Below the pieces are notes generated by a model that saw only the letters and a program-made list of their open reading frames with translations, was not told the DNA's origin and ran no database searches. A stretch of 64,000 bases of DNA from Polyangiales bacterium (GTDB lineage: Bacteria > Myxococcota_A > Polyangia > Polyangiales > Polyangiaceae): contig JBBRNJ010000012.1 of assembly GCA_038230375.1 (NCBI GenBank), positions 1-64,000 of the forward strand. Direction: 5' to 3'. Positions 25,309 through 35,504 of the stretch are shown in pieces. The position numbers were made by a program, and so were the translations under genes. Every line of letters begins with the position of its first letter. The stretch's first letter is position 1.

Positions 25309-25644
25309 TCAGTGATCGGCGGGATGGGAACGGTCGCCAGCGCGGTCTTCGGCGGGCTCGGCACCCTCCATCGCGTCGTCGATCCGGACGAGGACCCTAC
25401 GAAGCCAGTCGCGCATGCGCCGCTCGACGCCCTGCCGCTTCGCGCGCTCTTCCTCGAGGTCGTGGGCCAGGGACATGGCAGCGAGCAGCATCGCCTGGGG
25501 CGTCACCGCGCGGCCGGGAGGGGTCGCTGCGACCACGCGCTCCGAGACGGCGGCGGCGAGGCGCTCCAGCTCCTCCGGCTCGGCCGAGCTCGTGACCTTG
25601 TACGACTGTCCAGCGATGTTGATCTCGGCGACGCGGCGGCTCAT
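25309..25644 (-). CDS. zapA: Cell division protein ZapA
   Basis: INIAGQSYKV...LERLAAAV...LLAAMSLAHDL followed by a coiled coil. Confidence 0.85.
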   Translation of the reverse strand: MSRRVAEINIAGQSYKVTSSAEPEELERLAAAVSERVVAATPPGRAVTPQAMLLAAMSLAHDLEEERAKRQGVERRMRDWLRRVLVRIDDAMEGAEPAEDRAGDRSHPADH

Positions 25645-25686
25645 GGGCGAGCCGCCAGGGTACACCTCACGCGGAGAGACTCAAGG

Positions 25687-25794
25687 CCTCGCGCCTTCGG
25701 AGCGAACGGAACACCTCGCGCCTTCGGAGCGAACGGAACACCTCGCGCCTTCGGAGCGAACGGAACACCTCGCGCCTTCGGAGCGAACGGAACG
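25687..25794. repeat. Intergenic tandem repeat, 4 x 27 bp
   Basis: Unit CCTCGCGCCTTCGGAGCGAACGGAACA at 25687, 25714, 25741 and 25768 (last base of copy 4 differs); no spacers. Confidence 0.95.
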
Positions 25795-25802
25795 CCTTCA
25801 GC

Positions 25803-26630
25803 TCACGGCACCCGGGCTGCGCAGGCGTTCTTGAAGTTCGTCTTGAAGTCAGCCACTTGTTGCATTGTCGCGGACGCGGGGAGGGGGTCAGAGCAGACAG
25901 CGGGGTAAGCGCCGTGGCATTTCAAGCACGCAAGAGGAGTGTCAGCACCCGCCTGGCAGGGATCCTCCTTGGCCGTGTCCGGTGCGGATGCGCTGCCGGG
26001 CGTGACACACGGAAATGTGCGACCGACGAGACAGCCCTTGCACACCGTGACCGGGTACGTGAAGTCCTGGGACTCCACATCCGTTCCGCCCAGCGACTTG
26101 CCGAAGGCCTTGATGGTCAGGATCAGCTGGACACGCGTGTCCGGGGTCGGGAAAGCGTCACAAAGGGTGCTCGCCGTTGGGGCGTCGATTGCCGTGATGC
26201 CAATGGGGCCCAGGCCTGCGGTTCCGGAGGAGCCCACGTCCACGAACGCGGTCGCGACACTCGTGAAGTTGCCAAGCTGAACGCCGGCGGCGTTGGCAAC
26301 GCTGACCTCTGCGCCGTTGATGACGATACGCGAGGTCTCCGTGTGGACCGGGTCGGAACCGGGCCCGGCCGGCCCGCGCTGCAGCATCTGGTTTCCGAGC
26401 TGCAGGACGACGCCATAGGAGCTGGCGATCCCGATGTCGTAGATCCCGCCGAAGTTGAACGGGCCTGTGGCGGCCGCTGTGTAGAGGCACTGACCACCGC
26501 TCTTGCCCGGCGGCAGCAACACACCCTGAATGAAGAGCGACGAGTCGTTGTGCGCGCACGCAGAGCTCAGAACGCCAATGGCGCTCGCCGACAAGCAGCC
26601 GACCACGATTCGCATCCAGAAGCGGTCCAT
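25803..26630 (-). CDS. Cys-rich lipoprotein, hypothetical
   Basis: Lipobox LSSAC, FTYPVTVCKGCL, C-terminal cysteines. Confidence 0.75.
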   Translation of the reverse strand: MDRFWMRIVVGCLSASAIGVLSSACAHNDSSLFIQGVLLPPGKSGGQCLYTAAATGPFNFGGIYDIGIASSYGVVLQLGNQMLQRGPAGPGSDPVHTETSRIVINGAEVSVANAAGVQLGNFTSVATAFVDVGSSGTAGLGPIGITAIDAPTASTLCDAFPTPDTRVQLILTIKAFGKSLGGTDVESQDFTYPVTVCKGCLVGRTFPCVTPGSASAPDTAKEDPCQAGADTPLACLKCHGAYPAVCSDPLPASATMQQVADFKTNFKNACAARVP

Positions 26631-26759
26631 CTCAATCCTCCTTCAAAGCCCGCCAGACACCCAGGCAGGTACCGGCTCCAGGAAGAGTACTTGTCTGCCG
26701 TCCGAGATCCAAAAAAGTCGCGAACACAGTTCTTCGACTGGCTCAGCTCAGGCCTCGCT

Positions 26760-28334
26760 CTACCTCGACACCGCTGCAAGAAACGCGTCCATCCGGACCT
26801 TTGCCATCTCCGCGTGGCCGACGCGCGTCACGACAGGGAGCGCCAGCGAATCGCCCATGCGCTTCTTGTCGCTGCTGACGTGTGGCAGGGCGCGGCGCAG
26901 CGTTGCGGCATCGATCTCTGTCGGCAGATGGAACTTGTGCAGCAGCGCCGCGACACGCGCGATCGGAGCGTCTGTCGCGAGACCCATGGCATGCGTTGCG
27001 CGCAGCTCCGCCATCGTGCCGAGCGCAACGGCCTCCCCATGAAGCCAGCGCCTGTAATCGCCGAACGTCTCGAGCGCGTGACCCAGCGTGTGTCCCAAAT
27101 TGAGAATTGCTCTCGACCCGCCCTCGCGCTCGTCGTTCATCACGATCTCGGCCTTCAGCTCGATGGCGCGTCGGACGATCGGCATCAACGCCTCGAAGTC
27201 GCCCGTGAGCAGCGTATCGACCTTCTCTTCCAGCGCGGCGAAGAGGGCTTCGTCGTGCGAGAGCGCGATCTTCACGATCTCGGCGAAGCCGGAGATCGCC
27301 TGTCTTGGTGGGAGTGTCGTGAGGTGCCCAAGGTCGATCACCACGGCGCTTGGCTGCCAGAACGCGCCGATCAGGTTCTTGCCCGTCGGATGATCGAAGC
27401 CCGTCTTGCCGCCCACCGACGCGTCCACCATCGAGAGAAGCGTGGTGGGCGCCTGCACGAAGCGCACACCACGCAGCAGCGTGGCCGCAGCAAACCCTGC
27501 CATGTCGCCGACCACCCCGCCGCCGAACGCCAGGACGACGACATCGCGGTCCACGCCCGCGCCCAGCGCCGCGTCCCAGATCGCCGAGACGCTGACCATC
27601 GTCTTCTGTTCCTCGCCGGGCGGCAGGATGACGTCGTGCTCCTGGATCGCGAGCGACGCCGAGAAAGCCTTTCGCACGTCCTTGCGGTGCCGCGCCACGT
27701 TCGAGTCCGTCACGGTGATGATGGAGCTCGGGCCAAGCTCCGCGATCGCAAGCGACAGCGCGCGCGGATCGTTCACGACCAGATCGATGGTGTACGTACG
27801 CTCTCCGAACGGCACCACCACGGGATCCCGCTCCGCGAGCGCGGCGATCTCGTCCACGAGATCGTCCACGGTCTGGTCGTCGGTCGCGAAGGAGCCGTGG
27901 CACTCCGCATACGCCGCCGCGCGCTCGTTGAGCAGCTCCTGTGCACGCGCTGCCGGGTCCCCGACGTTCAGATTGGGGCGGGCGGAGAGATCGCCGACGC
28001 GTGCCAGTGTCGTTGCGGGCCGTGCGCGTAGCGTGACCACGAGCGCACGTGAGAGCGCGAGCCTTCGGACGTCCTTGCGCGTGACAGTCCCGCCACCGAA
28101 CGCGATCACACGCGGGCTCGGATCGGCGAGCAGCTCGCGTGCGATCTCGGCCTCACGAGCGCGGAAGCGCACCTCGCCCTCGCGGTTCCACAGCTCGGCG
28201 ACGCTCGCGGCGCCCGCCTTTGCGATCACTACTTCATCCGTATCGACGAACGGCAGCGAGAGCTTGGCGGCAAGCGCGCGCCCCACGGTCGTCTTGCCGC
28301 TTGCCATCGGGCCCGAGACAACGATGCTCCTCAT
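26760..28334 (-). CDS. aroB: Bifunctional shikimate kinase / 3-dehydroquinate synthase (AroK-AroB fusion)
   Basis: N-terminal GPMASGKTTVG, GE..FR..E, FGGG; C-terminal GGGVVGD, PTTLLSMVDASVGGKTG, LNLGHTLGHALE. Confidence 0.95.
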   Translation of the reverse strand: MRSIVVSGPMASGKTTVGRALAAKLSLPFVDTDEVVIAKAGAASVAELWNREGEVRFRAREAEIARELLADPSPRVIAFGGGTVTRKDVRRLALSRALVVTLRARPATTLARVGDLSARPNLNVGDPAARAQELLNERAAAYAECHGSFATDDQTVDDLVDEIAALAERDPVVVPFGERTYTIDLVVNDPRALSLAIAELGPSSIITVTDSNVARHRKDVRKAFSASLAIQEHDVILPPGEEQKTMVSVSAIWDAALGAGVDRDVVVLAFGGGVVGDMAGFAAATLLRGVRFVQAPTTLLSMVDASVGGKTGFDHPTGKNLIGAFWQPSAVVIDLGHLTTLPPRQAISGFAEIVKIALSHDEALFAALEEKVDTLLTGDFEALMPIVRRAIELKAEIVMNDEREGGSRAILNLGHTLGHALETFGDYRRWLHGEAVALGTMAELRATHAMGLATDAPIARVAALLHKFHLPTEIDAATLRRALPHVSSDKKRMGDSLALPVVTRVGHAEMAKVRMDAFLAAVSR

Positions 28335-28361
28335 GGCGAGCAGCGTACATCACCGAGAGGG

Positions 28362-29537
28362 TCAGTACTGCGCGAGCTGCTCGCGGTACGTCGACACGTT
28401 GCGCAAGAGCTCCTTCAGGCTGTCGCCGCCGAACTTCTCCAGCAGCGCATCCGCGAGCGTGATCGCAATCATGGCCTCACCGACCACGGAGGCCGCCGCA
28501 ACTGCGCACACGTCGCTGCGCTCGAACGCAGCCGCGAATGGCTCCTTCGTGCGTACGTCCACGCTCGGCAGTGCCTTCCTCAGCGTGGCGATCGGCTTCA
28601 TGGCAGCGCGGCACACCACCGGCATGCCGTTGGTCACGCCACCCTCGAGCCCTCCCGCGTGGTTCGTGGGCCGCGTGAACGTTCGGGACTCGGCCTCATA
28701 CGCGATCGGATCATGGACCTCCGAGCCGCGTCGCTCGCTCGCGAGCCAACCGTCCCCGACCTCCGCTGCCTTGATCGCGTGGATGCTGACGAGCGCCTGC
28801 ACGAGGCGCCCGTCGAGCTTGCGATCCCACTGCGTGTGCGAGCCGAGCCCGGGCGGTACGCCAGTCGCCACCACCTCGAAGCGGCCGCCAAGGGTGTCGC
28901 CCGCGTGCGAAGCGGTCAGGATCGCCTCGCGCATCCTGGTCTCCGCGTCTGCATCGACGCACGCAAGATCGGACGCGCGCGCACGCTCCCGGAGCTCGGC
29001 AAGAGACAGCGCGGCGATCACCTCGCGCGACGCCGCCACTGGACCGATCGACACGACGTGCGCGAACACATCGACGCCCACGCACGACAGGAGCTTCTTG
29101 GCAATCGCACCAACGGCCGTGCGCGACGCGGTCTCCCGTGCGCTCGCGCGCTCCAGGATGTCGCGGAGGTCCTTGCGGTCATATTTCAGGCCTCCGGCGA
29201 GATCTGCATGCCCTGGCCGCGGCCGCGTGAGCACCTCGGGGACCGCCGCCATGGGCGCGGGCGACATGCGACCGAGCCAGTTCTGATGGTCCTTGTTGGC
29301 GATGGTGAGGCCGATGGGAGAGCCGAGCGTCTCACCGCCACGAACGCCGCCCGTGAGCTCCACGCGGTCCGTCTCGATCTTCATCCGCCCGCCACGCCCG
29401 TAGCCGCGCTGCCGCCGCGCGAGGTCGCCATCGATGTCCGCGGCGAGGAGCGGCATGCCCGCGGGGATGCCCTCGACGATGGCGCTGAGGCGCGGGCCGT
29501 GAGATTCTCCGGACGTTACCCAGCGAAGACGAGACAT
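28362..29537 (-). CDS. aroC: Chorismate synthase
   Basis: GESHG, RPRPGHADL, ERASARET, GGLEGG, MKPI, ERSDVC. Start MSRLRW at 29537. Confidence 0.97.
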   Translation of the reverse strand: MSRLRWVTSGESHGPRLSAIVEGIPAGMPLLAADIDGDLARRQRGYGRGGRMKIETDRVELTGGVRGGETLGSPIGLTIANKDHQNWLGRMSPAPMAAVPEVLTRPRPGHADLAGGLKYDRKDLRDILERASARETASRTAVGAIAKKLLSCVGVDVFAHVVSIGPVAASREVIAALSLAELRERARASDLACVDADAETRMREAILTASHAGDTLGGRFEVVATGVPPGLGSHTQWDRKLDGRLVQALVSIHAIKAAEVGDGWLASERRGSEVHDPIAYEAESRTFTRPTNHAGGLEGGVTNGMPVVCRAAMKPIATLRKALPSVDVRTKEPFAAAFERSDVCAVAAASVVGEAMIAITLADALLEKFGGDSLKELLRNVSTYREQLAQY

Positions 29538-29650
29538 CGTGGCGACGAAGATAGCCATTTTCGCGTAGCCAAACGCCAAGAAAAGCGCGCGGCGCGACGT
29601 GGTGCTCGAGAAGTCGTGAACCGCCGGATTGTAGTACGCTCGCCGGTGGG

Positions 29651-30448
29651 ATGGCGCTCACGTTTGGCAAGTACCAGGGCGCGGGCAATGACTTCATCGT
29701 CGTGGACGCCGGGGCCGACCACGCCGTCCCCACGCGACTTGCCGTTCAGCTCTGTGATCGTCGTTTTGGCATCGGTGGCGATGGTGTGCTCCTGGTCCTT
29801 CCGTCCCGCTCCGCGGCCGGGCTCGCGCGCATGAAGGTGATCAACGCGGATGGCTCCATCCCGGAGATGTGCGGGAACGGCCTACGCTGCGTCGCGCTGC
29901 ACCTTGCGCGCAAGCATCGGCTCTCCGAGCTCCACGTGGACACGGACGCAGGCGACAAGCGCTGCATCGTGTTCGACGGCACGGAGCCGCGCGTGCGCAT
30001 CGAGATGGGCGTCGTCACCGTTGGCGGCACAGTTCGTATCGAGGGACCGACCCACAGTTACTCGTTCATCCGCGCAAACGCAGGCAATCCGCACGCCGTC
30101 ACGTTCGAGCGTGCCACGCGCGACGTCGTCGATGTCATGGGCCCTTTCGTGGAGAAGCATCCGCAGTTTCCCGGCGGGACCAACGTCGAGTTCGCAGAGC
30201 GTACGCGCGACGGAATCGATCTCCTGGTGTGGGAGCGCGGCGTCGGAGTGACGCATGCGTGCGGCACCGGCGCGTGTGCAACGGTCGCCGTGGCGGTCTC
30301 GCAGGGGCTCGTGGCGCGCAACGAGGCGTGTTCGGTGCGACTGCCCGGTGGGACGCTGCTCGTCACGATCGGCGACGGCGGAGAGGCCACGCTCGAGGGG
30401 CCCGCTGTGCACGTCTTCTCGGGCGGCGTTGCCGGGGAGGGCTCGTGA
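29651..30448 (+). CDS. dapF: Diaminopimelate epimerase
   Basis: KYQGAGNDF, GIGGDG, EMCGNG, GNPH, TNVEF, WERGVG..ACGTG. Confidence 0.96.
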   Translation: MALTFGKYQGAGNDFIVVDAGADHAVPTRLAVQLCDRRFGIGGDGVLLVLPSRSAAGLARMKVINADGSIPEMCGNGLRCVALHLARKHRLSELHVDTDAGDKRCIVFDGTEPRVRIEMGVVTVGGTVRIEGPTHSYSFIRANAGNPHAVTFERATRDVVDVMGPFVEKHPQFPGGTNVEFAERTRDGIDLLVWERGVGVTHACGTGACATVAVAVSQGLVARNEACSVRLPGGTLLVTIGDGGEATLEGPAVHVFSGGVAGEGS

Positions 30449-32151
30449 GCGACGTCACCGTCCTCATCGTGTCGGCGGATCGGGAGTCAGTCCAGCTGGT
30501 GACGGCGGTCGCGCAGGACGGCGGAGACACGGTGGACGTCGTCGAGAGCGCGGAGCTCGGCATCACCGCCATTGCGAAGAAGACCCACGACATCGCGTTC
30601 ATCGACCTCACGCGTGAGCCGCAGAACGGGCTCGCGCTCATCGCGCATGCGCAGGGCGGCGGCGCGCATGGGTCCATCTGCGTCCTCGTGTCGGAGATGG
30701 AGATCGAGGTCGTCACCCAGGCGTTGTCGCTCGGCGCCAGCGGATTTCTGGTCACGCCGCTCACGGGCGACGCGGTGGAGCGCCTGCTCCTGGACGTGCG
30801 CGCGAAGGTCCACCTCCACAAGGATCGCGTTCGCTTCCAGGAGGAGCTCGATCGCGCGCGGCGTCGCGTGGAGCTCGTCGACAGGCTCGTGCGCCTCGCG
30901 ATCGGGGCGGGGCAGTCGGAGGCGGTGCGCGCCATCGCCGAGGTGCTGAAGGAGGTGAGCGGCGCCCGAGGCATCGCCCTCTACGCGACGTTCATGGCCG
31001 CGCGCGGGGAGTGCATTCGTCTTGCCGTCATCGGCACCGAGGGCGACGACTATCCCAGCGTGTGTGGCTCGGAGGAGCTCGCGCAGGCGGCCTCGCGCGG
31101 AAACGCGAGCATGCTGCCGCTGGAGGCGGGGCGCGGCACGATCGGCTTTGCAATCCTCGAGGGTCGCGCTTCGGGTCGGGACGAGGAGGTGAAGAAGACC
31201 TGCGAGCTCGTGGCCGCAGTGCTCTCCTTCGTCGACGGTCAGCGCGCGGTGAGCGCGCGCGACACGGCGCCCGGCACGAAGGGACCCGTACAGACCCTGG
31301 CGTACTTCGAGGACGTCGCTCGCCGCGAGACCAAGAAATCACAGCGCCACAGTCGCCGTCTGTCCGTGGGCGTGCTCGAGGTCTCTGGCGGCAAGGACGC
31401 GCGCAAGCTGGTGGAGGCCGCGGTATTGCCGCTCCTGCGCGAGACGGACGTGCTGGCAGGCCTGGACGAAGACCGCCTATGCCTGCTCATGCCGGAGACG
31501 AGCGGGCTCGGCGCTCACGCGTGTCGTCACAGGATCTCGGCGCGGCTAGGCGGCGAGCGACGCGGTCGCGGCGAGCCAGCGGACTCACCCCCGATCGACT
31601 TCTCGATGGGCATCGCGACCTATCCGCACGATGGCGCATCGATCGAACGGCTCCTGCGTCTGGCCCGCGCGCGCGCAGAGGACGATGCGCGCTCATCGGC
31701 GCGTGTTCTCTCGCTCGCACAAAAGACGCTCTCGCAGATCGTCGACGGACTGCTGGCGCGTCCCATGCTCGACGCGGGCACGCGCTCGCTGTTCCCGCTC
31801 GATCTCGCGCCGGCCGCGCTCATGTCCGTGGTGCTTGCGGCGTGCGGGGACGCGGCGCGTGGCGGCTCGGCCCATGTCTCCGTCACGCTGCAGCCAGGTC
31901 TCGGCCTCGCGGCCGCCGCGCGTCAGCTGGCCGCTGGCGACAAGAACGCGCGCGTCGACGTGTTCGACGTGCGTGAACGGGAAGGCTGCCGTGACGTGGA
32001 GGCGATCGTCATCATGGCGGAGCACGCCGCGTGGGTGTGCTGCGGGCGCGTGGACAAGGAGCGCTTCTCCGGCGTGCATGCCGCCGACCCTCTCCTGGCA
32101 GACGTGATCCGGAAGCGGCTGCAAGAAGAAGGAGGCGTCCGTGCAGGCTAA
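30445..32151 (+). CDS. Signalling protein: REC + GAF-like + degenerate GGDEF + C-terminal sensor-like domain
   Basis: GTG at 30445 overlaps the dapF stop. HDIAFID...GASGFLVTP (REC); LRETDVLAGLDEDRLCLLMPET...SMGIATYPHDG (GGDEF fold without GGDEF). Confidence 0.75.
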   Translation: MSDVTVLIVSADRESVQLVTAVAQDGGDTVDVVESAELGITAIAKKTHDIAFIDLTREPQNGLALIAHAQGGGAHGSICVLVSEMEIEVVTQALSLGASGFLVTPLTGDAVERLLLDVRAKVHLHKDRVRFQEELDRARRRVELVDRLVRLAIGAGQSEAVRAIAEVLKEVSGARGIALYATFMAARGECIRLAVIGTEGDDYPSVCGSEELAQAASRGNASMLPLEAGRGTIGFAILEGRASGRDEEVKKTCELVAAVLSFVDGQRAVSARDTAPGTKGPVQTLAYFEDVARRETKKSQRHSRRLSVGVLEVSGGKDARKLVEAAVLPLLRETDVLAGLDEDRLCLLMPETSGLGAHACRHRISARLGGERRGRGEPADSPPIDFSMGIATYPHDGASIERLLRLARARAEDDARSSARVLSLAQKTLSQIVDGLLARPMLDAGTRSLFPLDLAPAALMSVVLAACGDAARGGSAHVSVTLQPGLGLAAAARQLAAGDKNARVDVFDVREREGCRDVEAIVIMAEHAAWVCCGRVDKERFSGVHAADPLLADVIRKRLQEEGGVRAG

Positions 32152-33547
32152 AGACCGGCCCATGGTGCTGCTCGTCGGCGCTGACGTGGACGCCCTCACG
32201 GCTCTCGCGCGAGCGCTCCGTGGCGCGGGCATCCTCGTGTCCGTCGCCACCGGTCGCGCGGCTGCATGCGAACGCGCGAAGTCCGGCGGCTATCACGTGA
32301 TCCTCGCCACGCGCAGCGTCGTGGAGCCGGACGAAACGGGGCTTGGCCTGCTCGACACGCTCGCCCTGGAGCTGACGGAGCCTCCGCCGTACATCGTGCT
32401 GGCCGAGCACGAGGCCGACCTGGGGACCTCCGCCGTCTCCACCGACGACTTCCCCGAGCTCATGCGCCGCATCGACGAGGTCGTCTCGCGCGGCCCCTCG
32501 TCCATGAGGCCCGACTCATCTGCGCCCTCCACGTTCAGCCTTGGAGAGACGCGCCTTGCAGACCTGATCGCCACGTTCGGCGAAGAGGCACGCACTGGCA
32601 CGTTCACCATCGTCACGGCTCGTGGCTCCGGCGAGGTCCGCATGCAGGACGGTGACGTCGTGGACGCGGTCTACGTTCGCGTCGAGGGGCTCAAGGCGCT
32701 CGCGCGTCTGGCAAGCGAGCGTCAGGGCCGCGCAACGTTCTTCCCGTCGAAGGATCGCGTCGTGCGCCGCATGCGAGAGCCCACACCCGCACTGGTGGCA
32801 TTCATCGTGGAGCATGGGCACGAGATGGATCGCCTGACCGAAGCGCTTGGCGGCGTGGGCAGCGACACGCTGCTCTCCACCACAGGAGGCAACGCGCCCA
32901 CCGATCCTTCGCACGTCGTACGCATCGTCGCGTCCAAGCTGCGTGTGCCGGCCACCCTCGAAGAGCTGCTCGACTCGGTGCCCGCGCCGGACGCCGCGGT
33001 GCTCGCGGCGCTGGTCGAGATCGATCGCACGGGCAGGCTGCGACGCATGGGACGCGTCGACGGTCGCGTGCATCTGGGCGCCGCCACCGAGCTGCCCCTC
33101 CTGCGCGCGAATGCTGCGCGCGCGCGTGCGCCTGGATTTGCCGGGCCGGGCCGTATCGTGATGGCCGCGACACCGTCTCGTCTGTCGGTGCTCGCGCATA
33201 CGATTCCGTCGCTGGCTGACGCGGTCGGCGCGAAGGACGGACAGTCCCAGGTCCCGGTGCCGCATCTCCTCGCCACGCTTCGCCTCGGTGACTCGGTCGA
33301 CGTAGACATCGTCGCGCTGCCGCTGGTCCCCGCGTACTCGCCGCTCTGGCCGCTCGCGCTGGCAGGCGCGTCGGTTCTGGTGCGCCTGGATGCCGCCGCG
33401 TCGCGCCCGCTCGAGGACGTGTGCGCCACGCATCTGATCCCCATCCTGGAAGCACAGCGCGTGGTGCCCGGTCTGGACGAGTCGAACGCAATGCACGTCG
33501 CCCGCCTCATCCGCGCTGCCATAGAGACGAGCGCCTTCGACGGCTGA
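32141..33547 (+). CDS. Pseudo-receiver + DUF4388 + degenerate small-GTPase-like domain protein
   Basis: SLGETRLADLI...RTG......GEV...DGDVVDA (DUF4388); C-terminal LATLRLGDSVDVDIVALP...YSPLWPLALAGASVLVRLD. Confidence 0.65.
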   Translation: MQAKDRPMVLLVGADVDALTALARALRGAGILVSVATGRAAACERAKSGGYHVILATRSVVEPDETGLGLLDTLALELTEPPPYIVLAEHEADLGTSAVSTDDFPELMRRIDEVVSRGPSSMRPDSSAPSTFSLGETRLADLIATFGEEARTGTFTIVTARGSGEVRMQDGDVVDAVYVRVEGLKALARLASERQGRATFFPSKDRVVRRMREPTPALVAFIVEHGHEMDRLTEALGGVGSDTLLSTTGGNAPTDPSHVVRIVASKLRVPATLEELLDSVPAPDAAVLAALVEIDRTGRLRRMGRVDGRVHLGAATELPLLRANAARARAPGFAGPGRIVMAATPSRLSVLAHTIPSLADAVGAKDGQSQVPVPHLLATLRLGDSVDVDIVALPLVPAYSPLWPLALAGASVLVRLDAAASRPLEDVCATHLIPILEAQRVVPGLDESNAMHVARLIRAAIETSAFDG

Positions 33548-33560
33548 TCCGGGACGGCGG

Positions 33561-34319
33561 CTAGTTTCCGGAGACGGTGGTGCCGATCTGTTCGCCGAAG
33601 AGCGCGCGGCGGATATTTCCGGGCGACAGCTTGAAGACACGGATCTGCATGTTGTTGTCGCGGCAGAGCGTGGCTGCGGTGGAGTCCATCACGCGGATGC
33701 GCTCCGAGATGAAGCGATCGAAGGTCATGGTCTGGAGCATCTGCGCGTCCGCATGTTTCACGGGGTCCTTGTTGTAGACGCCCTCGACCTTGGTGGCCTT
33801 GAAGAGCGCGTCTGCATGGATCTCCATCGCGCGCAGCGCGGCGGCCGTATCCGTGGAGAAGTATGGATTGCCCGTGCCTGCGGCGAAGATGACGAAGCGG
33901 CCCTTCTCCAGGTGGCGGACGGCGCGCCTGCGGATATACGGCTCTGCGATGGCGCGGATCTCCAGAGCGGTCTGCACGCGCGTAGGGACGTCCGCCTTCT
34001 CCAGTGCGTCCTGCAGTGCGAGCGCGTTGATCACGGTCGCGAGCATGCCCATGTAGTCGCTCTGCGACCGGTCCATTCCCTGGCTCGCGCCGGCCAGGCC
34101 GCGGAAGATGTTGCCGCCGCCGACGACGATGCCAACGGCCACGCCAAGCTTGTGGATCTCCGCGAGCTCGAGCGCCGTGTCGCGCATCACCTTCTGATCG
34201 ATCCCGATGGCGCCCGATGTGCCACCGAGGGCTTCGCCCGAGAGCTTGAGGAGAATGCGCTTGTAACGCAGCTCCGGGTGAGAGGCCTTGGGCGTCAGGG
34301 GGGCGGGGGGCTCGCGCAT
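33561..34319 (-). CDS. pyrH: UMP kinase
   Basis: [43 protein letters not shown]. Confidence 0.97.
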   Translation of the reverse strand: MREPPAPLTPKASHPELRYKRILLKLSGEALGGTSGAIGIDQKVMRDTALELAEIHKLGVAVGIVVGGGNIFRGLAGASQGMDRSQSDYMGMLATVINALALQDALEKADVPTRVQTALEIRAIAEPYIRRRAVRHLEKGRFVIFAAGTGNPYFSTDTAAALRAMEIHADALFKATKVEGVYNKDPVKHADAQMLQTMTFDRFISERIRVMDSTAATLCRDNNMQIRVFKLSPGNIRRALFGEQIGTTVSGN

Positions 34320-34400
34320 CGCCGCCACAAATAGCCGTCGTCTCGCACGGGCGCAACGGGGCGCTTTCGGAAGATCGAGAGCCGTAGTAGTCCATGCCCC

Positions 34401-35504
34401 GTGAAGCGGAATCTCAGCGGCTTGCTCACGGCGCTCGTCCCGGTTCTCGCGCTCGGCCTGACGGTCGGCGTTTCCAGCGTTCTTTCCGGCTGCAACAGCT
34501 GCAACGAGAAGGCGCTGACCACCAGCAATGCCGAAGATGCGGGTCATCGGACCAGCGAGCAGCTCACGCCCGAGCAGCAGTCCAAGGTCCTCGCGAAGGT
34601 CGGCGACAAGACGATCACGCTCGGCGACTTCGTGGCGTCGCTGGAGAACATGGACCAGTTCGACCGCCTCCGGTACCAGTCGACGGAGCGCCGCAAGGAG
34701 CTCCTCACCGAGATGATCACGGTGGAGCTGCTCGCGCAGGAGGCTCGCGCCAAGGGCTACGACAAGGACCCTTCGGCCGAGCAAGAGGTCCGCTCCATCC
34801 TGCGCGACGCGATGCTCGCCCAGGCGCGAAAGAACGCGCCGACCCCGAACGACATCTCCGACGGCGACGCGCGCGCCTACTTCGACGCGCACAAGTCCGA
34901 GTACCGGGACCCCGAGCGTCGCCGGCTCTCCTGCATCGTCTTGAAGGACGAGGCCGCCGCCAAGGCCGTCATCACCACGGCGACCGCCAGCTCCAAGGGG
35001 CTCTCCGCCGCAGAGTGGGGCGAGCTCGTTCGCAGCAAATCCACGGACACACAAGCCAAGGCCAACGTCCCCGTCGATCTCGCTGGTGACATGGGCATCG
35101 TGAGCCCCCCGGGCGACACGCGCGGCGAGAACACGCGCGTTCCCGAACCGGTGCGCGTTGCTGTCTACGAGATCGAGAAGGCGGGCGACGTGCTCCCGCG
35201 TCCGATCCCCGTGAAGGGCACCTTCTACGTGGTCCGCCTCACCCAGAAGATGGAGCCCCACGAGCGCCCCTTCGAGGAAGCGGAGCGCACGATCCGGATC
35301 AAGCTCGCGCAGGATCGCACGCGCGCCAGGGAGGATCAGCTGCTCGCGGATCTGCGCAAGCAATACCCCGTCACCGTGGACGACGCGGCCCTTGCCACCG
35401 TCCACGTGGACCTTGCGGACGCGGGCCCGTACCCGAACACGCCGGGCCCCACCCAGCAGAGCCCCGCGCCCCAGCAGAGCCCCGGCGACGCCGGCGCGCG
35501 ATAG
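34401..35504 (+). CDS. PrsA/SurA-like parvulin peptidyl-prolyl isomerase (probable lipoprotein)
   Basis: LSGC lipobox, [22 protein letters not shown]....GDMG. Confidence 0.85.
   Translation: MKRNLSGLLTALVPVLALGLTVGVSSVLSGCNSCNEKALTTSNAEDAGHRTSEQLTPEQQSKVLAKVGDKTITLGDFVASLENMDQFDRLRYQSTERRKELLTEMITVELLAQEARAKGYDKDPSAEQEVRSILRDAMLAQARKNAPTPNDISDGDARAYFDAHKSEYRDPERRRLSCIVLKDEAAAKAVITTATASSKGLSAAEWGELVRSKSTDTQAKANVPVDLAGDMGIVSPPGDTRGENTRVPEPVRVAVYEIEKAGDVLPRPIPVKGTFYVVRLTQKMEPHERPFEEAERTIRIKLAQDRTRAREDQLLADLRKQYPVTVDDAALATVHVDLADAGPYPNTPGPTQQSPAPQQSPGDAGAR

Noticed and set aside
25687..25794. Possible CRISPR array
   Set aside because: The units are directly adjacent with no unique spacers, and no cas genes are present.
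26760..28334. AroK-AroB fusion as a novelty
   Set aside because: Such fusions are already known in several bacterial lineages.
29928..35413. Additional parS-like sequences (TCCACGTGGA at 29931 and 35401; TGTTTCACG near 33754)
   Set aside because: Only the core or a half-site matches; expected by chance in coding DNA.
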